A DNA stretch of 64,000 nt, from positions 199,330,001 to 199,394,000 of the forward strand of contig JBITNC010000001.1 in assembly GCA_050084985.1 (NCBI GenBank). The letters run 5' to 3'. Each line of letters begins with the position of its first letter. Position 1 is the first letter of the stretch. The notes below the pieces were generated by a model, which was not told the DNA's origin, did no database searches, and was given only the letters and a program-made list of their open reading frames with translations. This DNA is from Nageia nagi. Its lineage: Eukaryota; Plantae; Pinophyta. Both the position numbers and the translations under genes were made by a program. This document shows, one piece after another, positions 54,485 to 64,000 of this stretch.

Positions 54485-55089
54485 AGGTAAACTTGCATTC
54501 CTTGCAAGACATTGTATAGTATAAATATTGTAAATGTTTATTTCAAAAAAAAAATTAATTAATTAATTATTATTTCATAATTTTCAAAAAAGTAAAGTAT
54601 TTAATGATCAAATTTAATTTAGTATTATTACAAGTTAATGTTAGCATATTGCCTAGCTATCAACTTTAATTTAGCTTATTCAAGAGTTAATGTTGACATG
54701 TTACCTAGCTATCATTGAATTAAATAGCATTTAAGGAAAGATTTCCTTAGATTTCATGAACCATCATATAAGTACAACAAATTAATTTTGGTGTGCTTTG
54801 AATTTATTAATCTAACTTATGCCAGCTCAATCCATATAGTGCATGGGTCTCAATATCCTTAAGTAATTACCATTAATAGAAATCTTGTCAACTTTGGACA
54901 AATAAAACTCTTCCCTTTCTCTATAGTTCAACACTTAGCTAATTTTAAGCACTCAAGTTTTTAAAGCATTCAAAGCTAAGAGATTTCAGAGTCAAGTTGT
55001 AGTGAGAAAGAGAAATGTTGTAGGACCTTGCATTACATAGAATACAATTTTTAATGATTACCAGAGGTTTAAAGAAAGGTGATAATATC

Positions 55090-58000
55090 ATGGTGACTTC
55101 TCAGTCATCTTCTACAGCCAAAGTGGAACAAATCGACACTAACTTGCTCTCTCTACAAGAAAAATATCTCGAGAATGCATTCGAAGTGAACTAGACTAAG
55201 ATGGGAGTAGTTAATCACATGGATACATGGAGAGCCAACCTTAGCCATATTCTTTTGGGGCTTAATACACCTAAGGTGAGGGAAAAGGGAAAATTGCTTG
55301 CTCATTCAAGGAAGGATGTTATGATTGATCAAGGATTGGCATATTATGTGCCCTTTAAGTCCTTCACCTATCACGAGCTCTTGTACTCTCTTGCACACAA
55401 GCATCATCAAAAGGGGTACCAAATTGATATGTTCAAGAGCACTAAAGAGTGAGACACTGCTAAGCTAGTGTTTGAAGTAATACTAGATTACTCTCCCAAT
55501 TCTATTGTCTAAGCATTTGCTATTCTAGCATACTAGACATTTCATGTTAAAAAATAGATTGATTTAAAAAAGGAGAAATATGATTTTTACATCAATCAAG
55601 ATGAGATGCTCAGCTAGATTAGTGGAAGATACTAGGATAGTAGAAAGGAAAAACTCTTGGTGAGATACCAAATAGCTCTTTTTGAAAAGATGAAAGATAG
55701 AAAAGTATTGTAGGCACTCATGATCATTTTGAGAAAGAAGACCCAGATAGAAGTAGAAGAAACCATGGTGCACATGGCCTATAATTTCTTAGAAGCCCAT
55801 GTCTGCTATGATTTCTTGGCTTTCATAATCAAATAAATCAAAAGATGTTTATTCAAAATAGGAAAATTAGATTTTAGACATTCTTCCTATCTCTTGTGGC
55901 TTTTTGTCCATCAAAATTTAGACAAATTTATAGAGGTAGGGCTTCTAATTGAGCCAACTAATTCCAATGTTGTGATGGTGCCAATTGACTTGATGGTGCT
56001 AGTTTTGACCAAGTTGCATGGATCCTACTACGAGTTTATGAACAAGTTCTATGTAATAGTAGTAAAATTTTTGATTGGAAATATTCCTAGTAGGTTGCAT
56101 AAAAGCATAATGAGGGAGCTATAAGGTGAGAGTAAAATTAGTGATTGGTACTTCTTAAGAGATTACATTGTAATAATAATGTATGGGTATTTTGAAAAAC
56201 CCTTCTTTTTGCCCAAGTATGTTACCTCCCAATTATATTCAATAGAAATGGGTAGGCAAATTTGTGCTATAGAAAGTAAATATGAGGATGCAAGCAATTT
56301 CAAGTCTATTGTAAATATACTAGCATTTATTGAAAATTTCACTCTATTAGAGATAGGATGTACAAATAGTATTACCCAATTCATTGTACAAAATTTCAAA
56401 TTAGATAAAGTGGGAATTGCATGGATGTATGACCTATCAAGGGAAATAACTTAGTTAATAAGGACTAGCAAGAAACATCCAACATTCATTCATGACAGTA
56501 AGCCCCATTCTGAGTATTTTGTAAATAAAATAGAGCAAGAGGTAGAATTATACCAAGATTGGGAATTTGTACCTCTAAATAAAGCTTGGATGGCTCTATA
56601 AGGAATAAGAAAGTATATAAATTGGAAGAATAAGAGGCAATATTTTATCTTCAACCTAGATGTCCTCACCTAATTAACATATCTTGGGTGGGATCCTAGT
56701 AAAATTCATTATTTCACAAAATTCAGACTTGAATACACCACAAAAATTCACATATTGAAGGGGAATTATTTGAAAAGTTCAAATATGAAAAATATTGGAA
56801 GGCAAAGTATTCTAAAGATCCTCTACCAAATTTGGGATAGCCTCTTCCTCCTCATTTTCATGGGAAACCTACTACATAGGAGAAGATAGTGCAAGTGATG
56901 CAAACATCTGGCATGGTTTGAGTCCTAAATAAGGGACAAGAAGATCCTCTAGATGCCACCACTTATTTCTAGAAACCATCTTCCAAGAAGAAAAGAAAAA
57001 TTCAAACTCTTGCTCAAAGAGAGCAGATATTAGAGAAGGAGCAAAAGCCCATTAAAAGGCCTAGGACAACTACAACAAGGTCATAGTCACAAATGACTTT
57101 ACCTTCATCTTCAAAGGCAATGGAAGAAGTTCCAAAGGTGGTCATACAAGAAGCAAAAACTTTTGATCCTAAAGAGTTTAAAGAGCTATAAGATATAGAA
57201 GCTGGTGGTGTAGGACAAGCCCAATAATAATAGTAAAAAGAAACCCCAGTAGAGGAACAAAACCAGATACAACAAAGCAAGGAAAGTGTACCTAAGGCTG
57301 AAAAGATAGTAATAGGGGCACCCAAAGGAGGATCAAGAGATGATGGAGATGATGATGAATTCAAAAAGAAGGACTCAAGCCTAATGGATAAGCCTAAGGA
57401 ACAAGGTGAGGTAATGGAAGAGGCCAAACTTGAATTAGAAGCCTAGCAATTACTCCTTCCCAAGAATCCCAACCAACTCAATAAGCTGAGACACCTATTA
57501 TAGGTGAAATAATTTCCACTCATTTTTTTATTCCTATTTCTTTGTAAGAGAAAATAAAGTCTATTTTTTTCTACACAAATTGTAGAGCCCATTAATTGGA
57601 CAACTTTTATAAATAAATCTCTTGTGCACCTTGAGAAACATTCAAGAATTTTGAGTAAAGTAACAGAGATAAGAGATATGAAAATTACTCACATGCCTTT
57701 CAAAGAAGGGCATCTAGAGCTGACTCCCATAGCTATAATAAATGTAAATATGTAGAGTTCACTAGTTATTGATTAGTTTAGATTTTTTATGAACACTTCA
57801 ATCGAAGTTGGAAAGAGTATTTAGTCAATGGAGATTAAAATAGAGAAATTAAATAAAAAAACTTGATCAATATAAGAAGGACTACTCTCTTAAGGATAAA
57901 ATAATAGTTGGGTTGTAGAACAAGAATAAAGATTTGATTATAAAGCTTGAGAAATAGAAGATTAAATTTGATAAGAGCATGGTAACATCAAGAGCTAAGT

Positions 58001-58879
58001 TAGACACTACAAATCAAGTAATAGAGGACCTCAAAGCTCAAGTTGCAATTGTGGACACTCAAAAAATAAAATAGATTGAGGCTAAGATGCAAATAGTCAA
58101 TACAGCAAATAAGGTTCTATTAGAAGATAATGCAAAGTTGTTACTACTAATAAATAATTTTAAAAACTTCTTAGTAGAACAAGTTGGTAATATAATGATA
58201 ACATTATCTCACTTGTATCTACTCAAGGAGGAAGTTATACAGGCCATTAAAGAATTTCATGCTCAAAGTGCTATTCATAAGCTAGCTCTAGATATACCTA
58301 GAAATGTTTTAAAAAGGATGCAAGTGCGATTAAGGATAGTGACTAAAAAGGAGTTTGCCATAGTCTCCTCCAAGTCAAAATAGTCCTATCAGAAGAGAAT
58401 CCAAGAAATTTGTAATCTCTAGAATCTAGCATTCAATATGGACATAAATAAACATCAACTCATAATAGAGTTGGGATTTGTTAACAAATTCTTTAATTCT
58501 TTAGTTGAAATAAAAGCTCCTAAGATATGGGAAGAATAGAATGTATAGGGTAGTGCTACCAATTGGGTAGCCAATACCATTCAATTTTTGGAGCAATCTT
58601 TTTCTAAGACACAAATCTCAAATCTACAGTAAATAAATGATTTGGCTCAAGAAGCCATTGTAAAACTTTTACATGCTGGAAGGTTAAATAGTGTCTTGGA
58701 AGGGTATAGAGTAGATAATAAAAAGATTAAGATATCCCTCATCCTCTTGCAACCTAATTAAAAAGAATTGAGTGAACTAAAGAAAAGGATGTAGGCATTC
58801 CTCCCTCTAAACATGATGGTAGCAATTGAGACTGCAACTAGGTCCACTTTTAGGCATGCTACTAGGAGTAGCAATTGAT
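55090..58879 (+). pseudogene. Large extra ORF of unknown function downstream of integrase in element G
   Basis: Same-strand ORF fragments at 55201, 55894, 56179, 58087 joined by stops and frameshifts; globular N-terminus, E/K/P-rich linker, coiled-coil C-terminus. Confidence 0.7.
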
Positions 58880-58927
58880 GAGTTCTTTTCTCCAACAAGC
58901 AGAGACCCTAAAGAGCCACCAAAAGAT

Positions 58928-60923
58928 TGTATTCCTCCAAAATAACACTCAAAATTTGGGTAATTATACTATTATTCATTCTTTATTATTTCATTCTTTA
59001 GTACCTGGGAGCTATGTATATAAGAGTACCTAGGGGGAACACTATTCTTTTAGGATCTTCATGACTTGTAAGATTTTTGTATAAATTCTTCCCCTCTTCT
59101 CATTGCTTTTCCTTACATTGTCAAGAGTCATTTTTTTAGTAAATAAATTCACCTAGGAGTTTTATCATTCTTTAGTACCTGATAAATATGTAAATAAAGT
59201 TAGCCAAGAGTTATATCAATGAGACTTGTGTCAATTTCATACTCTTTTATTATTTAGTGATTGGGAGTTGATAGTCCCTAGGAATCATGTCATTTTCTCC
59301 AAGTATACTCAAGAAGTCATGAATGTAAAATTTTTTAGAGTCATATTTATTGCTTTAGAGTCCTTAAGAATTAGTGGCATAAATGTCCAGAACTTGTACA
59401 TATTCAGAGTTTCATTTTATGAAGAATATCAACAATGCCTGGGGATTTTAAAGGATGATGTCACAATTTTTTATCAAAATTAGTAGGTCTTGAAGCAAGT
59501 AATGGTAGGTGTAAATTTTTAGAGAACATCAATAGAGCCTAATGAATTTAGAAGGCAATGCCCCATTTTTATGAAAATTAGTGAGTCCTAGAGAAATCAA
59601 AATTTCTATAGAACTCACCAATTCTGAGATATGACATCATGAATTTTAGCTAAAATCAATAGGTCTTGGTTGAATCAAAATATAAATAGTACCCAAGGAT
59701 TTTAGAATGTGATGTCACATTTTTGTGAAAATCAATAGGTCCTAGAGAAATCAAAATTTTAATAGAACCCATAAATTTTGGGAGATGACATTATGAATTT
59801 TGGCTAAAATCAATGGGTGTCAAAAGAACTAGATTATCAATAGAGCTTGAAAGAAAAAATAGAGCCTACCAAGCAAGTAAAAGAGTAGTGCATGAGAAAG
59901 AACACCTAGATCCACTTCATATTAAGTGTTTAACCCCTAGGGTCCTATTAATGTGTTGACACCAACTCATTTAATAGTGGCAATTCTTCTTGATTCAAGT
60001 GAACATAATGTCTACCAACCATCATTACTCTGATTGCTGACATCCATAGTAGAGATCATAAAGATTGCAAAGAAATAGATGGAGGATAATAAAGTATACA
60101 ACCAAATCATACCAATCAATGTGCAAACAAATAACTATTCAATCAATAACAATTTTATATTCACTTAGCTATAAGATCGAGAAAGGAGAAATCAATGACA
60201 TGTTAGAAGGATAATGGCTCTATTGACATGGTTGATCAAAAGTTACAAATCCCTAAATAGTCCAAATAGTTGATGTTGATTAGTAATTTTTCACTATATA
60301 ATCTATCATAGTTGTAACATTTATGTAAATAGTGTTGTTGTAGTTGTTTCATTCAATGCTAGTAGTAATGTACATTAATGAGATTCAACCACCCAAAGAG
60401 GGGGGAGTTGTATAAATAGCTAATTTTTAGAAATTAAGAAGGTCAAACATTCTAGAAAAAAATTTCTAATCTATAAAAGCAATTCACATATGATAATGCA
60501 AATAGATAATGCTTTTCCCTCTTGCAACAAAGTGGCTATTATTGCTTTTGTGAATGTTATGTGTGGAATGTTTTCTCCAAATTGTGGTTGTGTATTGTGA
60601 TTGCAAGACCCCAAGTGTGAGATAGTATACTATTCTTAATCTTGGATATGGATTGCTACCTATGTGTAATGCCTAGGTTGTAAATTTCCTATTTTAGTTA
60701 TTTATTTGTTTATCTCTTTTCTGTAACTCTCCATCTTTTTATTCCTTTCTTGTTACTTTTGACCTTAAACATAGATAGGAATTGGCCTATAAATTGAAGA
60801 TTAAGTAAAAAACCAACACGATTACATCCCCACCACCTTTTTCTCTTTCAAAGAACCTACTATTGAGGGAAGTGGAGAATACAACTAAACCAAACCCTGG
60901 AGTTTATGCTATACCGATCAACA
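58928..60923 (+). repeat. Right LTR of element G
   Basis: TGTATTCCTC...GATCAACA followed by TSD. Confidence 0.92.
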
Positions 60924-62380
60924 AGTACATTCAGCTTCAAGCTTTCAAACTAGTCTAGACAAGCTCAAACATGCACCAAATATCTAACAACTTATTAGAG
61001 ATGACAAATTTAGCAATAATAATCTAAAAATACTCATAATACCCCAACATCTAGTTATGATTATCAATCATACAAATCAAATAAGCAATCCCTCTAGTAA
61101 TCCAACGACCCATTTTGGGAGATAAATAGTAAATTAACATTAGAAAATACCTCCACAAATCCAACATTGCAATCAAAAAGCTGAAATAAGAATTAAGCAA
61201 TGTAAATGACACTCAAGATCTAATGTTGAAATCAAGAAGTAAAAATAACAATTCAATAATGTAATGATTCTTCCACATCCAATGTCCAAGCATAGAGAGA
61301 TAAATAGAAATATATTGATGGAAAAATGTAATTTTATTCAATATAGAAAGAGTAGCATTATTACAATATTTTTATCAACCTAAGGAGTTTGTACTATGAA
61401 TATCTCCAATAAGGTTATTTTGTATGGCTCAAGGGTCTCACCAATCCCAAAAGTAGTGAGGTAAGACTAGGTCTCCTCTATAGCAATTATGATGGAACCA
61501 ACAATGTTCCTCTCAAAATTGCTAGAATAAATTCAAGGGTAACCTCCTATCCCCTTGATACCTCAAATATAGGTCACAATATAAGTGGAAAATATAGAGT
61601 CTCCATTCAATTCAAAATAAAAGGTTTTAATAACAAATTTAGCATATCTCATAATGACTATGAGTTCACATTTTACAAGTGAGGGTGATTTATCTTCTAA
61701 TCTTGCATTGAGATGATCCAAAATTGGAGAGGTATGATCTGTGTGCTCCATCTATCCACATCATGATTAGAGAGCCTAGGGATAAATAAAATAACATCCA
61801 AGATCCTATAAATGCCACGTCTAATAAGAGATAATTTTTAGGTGCCTCAGGATCATCATGGTTGCTTGCATTAAGTGCCATAAATCCATCCTTGCCCCAT
61901 GTCCAAGTGTGGAAGTCATGAAATTTCCTAGGGATGCAAAATAACAACATCTAATGGTAAAGTAGGCAATGTTCCATTAAGGATACTAATATTGCATTTA
62001 TAATTATTAATGTACCTTAGAATCATGTATTACAAGTGGCCTACGAAATTACAAGTATTATCAACACATAAATACCTATGGCCCATTTATTATATAGAAA
62101 TAATAAATAATGACTCATAAAGTCTTATGTTCCATGTTGGATAATATCCAAGTGGAATTACATTAAAATATTCCTAATTAAATATAAATCACTCCCAAAT
62201 TAATGAAATATCAATTGCACATCCTTAAAGGCTGGATGTAGCTCTCAAATGAGAGTAAATCATGGATTCCCTTGCATGCACAATCTGAATAAATTGGCTT
62301 GATGGGTGAAATTCAAGGTACCATATCTTCCTCATTTATTACTAAACCTAGGTTGTATAACCTATCAAAATAGCTATCTT

Positions 62381-64000
62381 TGTGAATAAGAAAGAACTTA
62401 GTTAGTGTATGTACTCCCATAATTGGAGGAACCACTTTACATTGGTACCAATTTGTGAGATTGTTTATGCTTAGAGTATTGATGTCTGAGAGAGCTTTCA
62501 TATAATCTTGGGCATACAGGAATTGGGTATTTAGTCTTAATTCCATCATTTGGTATCAAGATCTTGGTGTGAAGGCTCTTCTTCAATATTGTTTTAAAAG
62601 TTCATCCTACTCTTTCTTCCATTTTCTTTGGTGAGGTAAAAGGTTTTTGAAGGTATAATCACCAACCCTCTTATTTTTGATTTATTCATTTTTTGATTAT
62701 CTCATTATGTTACTAACATTTTTGTTCTTGTAATATATTATTGCTATAATGAATGATACCATCATTTTTTTTAGTTGCTTATTTTTTAATTTACTTACAA
62801 GTAGAAATAATATATTATAGTTCTTGATGGAGATAAGTATTTTACAACTTTTTTTACAAAAATGCAAAAAATATTTGTCTCCTAAAAAATGCAATTTGCT
62901 TACATGATGACAAAAAATATATAGTTTTTTTTATATTATGCAATTTTTTTTATATGAGATTATTCTTGAATTTGTTTTTGTGATAAACTATTAAAAAAAG
63001 GGGATTTATATTAGCATAATAATTTTCTTAAATATAAGAGGGGACATTAGAAAAATAATAATAAGGTTCATATTTCAAAATATTTGGGGGGGGGGCTATT
63101 TTTTCAAATGATTTTTTTAAATTAAAAAAATTGAAATACAAGGGGGGAGAGGTCGATCGACCCACAACCCCTAACAAATCATCTTTGGGCCACCCATATG
63201 GTGGCCAAGCCTAGCCCATCATGCCACTCAATGGATGCTCCCCATGATGATGCTCATCCTATCATGCTCCCTCCACCTCTGATCTGTAGCATCACCACTA
63301 CTCCAAGACATGCCCCCCCACCCATTGTATGGAACCCAACATGCAGCTTAGGGTCACCTCTTTACTTCCTATGGCTCAAGGCCATCTCTCTCACCATAGC
63401 TTGTGCAAACTTATTATGTTCCCCTCAACTACCTCTTCACTTCCCATATCTTTGATACCTCCTCTCTCACAATGGCCTATGCATACATATTGTAATCTCC
63501 TTAGTTTCCTCTTCACTTCCCTTCACTCAGGGTTGCCTCTCTCACCATGATCTAACAAAATATTTTATGGTCTCCTTAGTCACCTCTACTCTCCTTGTAA
63601 CCTATGTGAAGCAACCTCTTCTCTTCCCATTGATTGGTACTACCTCTTGCAAAATGTAACTTATCCACCTCTCTCATTGCATTAAGCTACCCCTTCTCCA
63701 AACCTTCTCCCCACTTCACCCCTTCTCCTCTTAAATTTTAAAATTGGAAGTTTTTTAATTTTACTTTTTAAGGAGAGTATTTAATTTTTAAATTTGAAAA
63801 GGATAGTGTATTTTTTATAACACTTAAATAAATTATGATTTATTTTACTAAGGTATAAGTGAGTGGGAGGTAATATTTTCTCTAAGTGTTAAAAAGGGGG
63901 AATATGCTTTTGCTTCTTACTCTCCCTTATTGCTAAATTTTTTAAGGAAAAATTGTAATTTTTTTTTACCTAAGTACCTTTAATATTGAAAAGGGATGAA
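62381..64000 (+). mobile_element. Element H: 5' part of an LTR element with a putative ~170-bp LTR and long leader
   Basis: E-LTR homology stops at ~62371-62380; TGTGAAT...CCATCA (62548) then TT and TGGTATCAAGA PBS-like at 62551. Confidence 0.55.

Larger units (their letters stand above)
47052..60923 (+). mobile_element. Element G: Tat-clade Ty3/Gypsy, order gag-PROT-aRH-RT-RH-INT plus extra 3' ORF
   Basis: Direct repeats 47052-49053 and 58928-60923 (TG..CA); TSD GGTAT/AGTAC (both derivable from GGTAC); host E LTR resumes at 60929. Confidence 0.92.
29756..62380 (-). mobile_element. Element E: non-autonomous Gypsy-type LTR element hosting F, I, G and H
   Basis: 3' LTR 29756-30441 + 34006-34886; 5' LTR 47002-47051 + 60929-~62380 (~80% identical); PBS TGGTATTAGAGCC on minus 46986-46998; PPT 34887-34903. 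Confidence 0.85.

Noticed and set aside
57014-57427. 137-aa Ser-rich minus-strand ORF
   Set aside because: Antisense shadow of the E/K-rich linker of G's extra ORF
63198-63550. Pro/Ser-rich ORFs as host gene
   Set aside because: Explained by C-rich composition; no domain or splice support

Overview
AT-rich, strongly CpG-depleted plant nuclear DNA (large-genome gymnosperm-like; inference) with no recognisable host gene. The window is a nest of nine LTR-retrotransposon units, resolved from paired LTRs, PBS/PPT motifs and 5-bp TSDs. An old minus-strand non-autonomous Gypsy (D) hosts element A (1-26197) and element E (29756-~62380). A's 3' LTR is split by a 4.4-kb solo LTR (C, 7213-11583, TSD TTTGG) and by a full-length Tekay-like chromovirus (B, 11739-25013, TSD ATATG). 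E is split by a SIRE-like Copia derivative (F, 30442-34000, TSD AAATG), an Ogre/Tat-like Gypsy lacking its RT core (I, 36976-45727), a Tat element with PROT-aRH-RT-RH-INT order plus a large extra ORF (G, 47052-60923) and a short-LTR element (H) running off the end. All coding regions are pseudogenised. Most unusual is element G: no PPT before its 3' LTR but a tRNA-3'-end-like motif (an inverted PBS) there, a PBS 17 nt from the 5' LTR end, and a PPT+TG motif buried inside both LTRs. Also notable are a ~610-bp near-identical tract inside otherwise ~90%-identical LTRs of B and a CpG-preserved island in solo LTR C. Identities are by-eye estimates.
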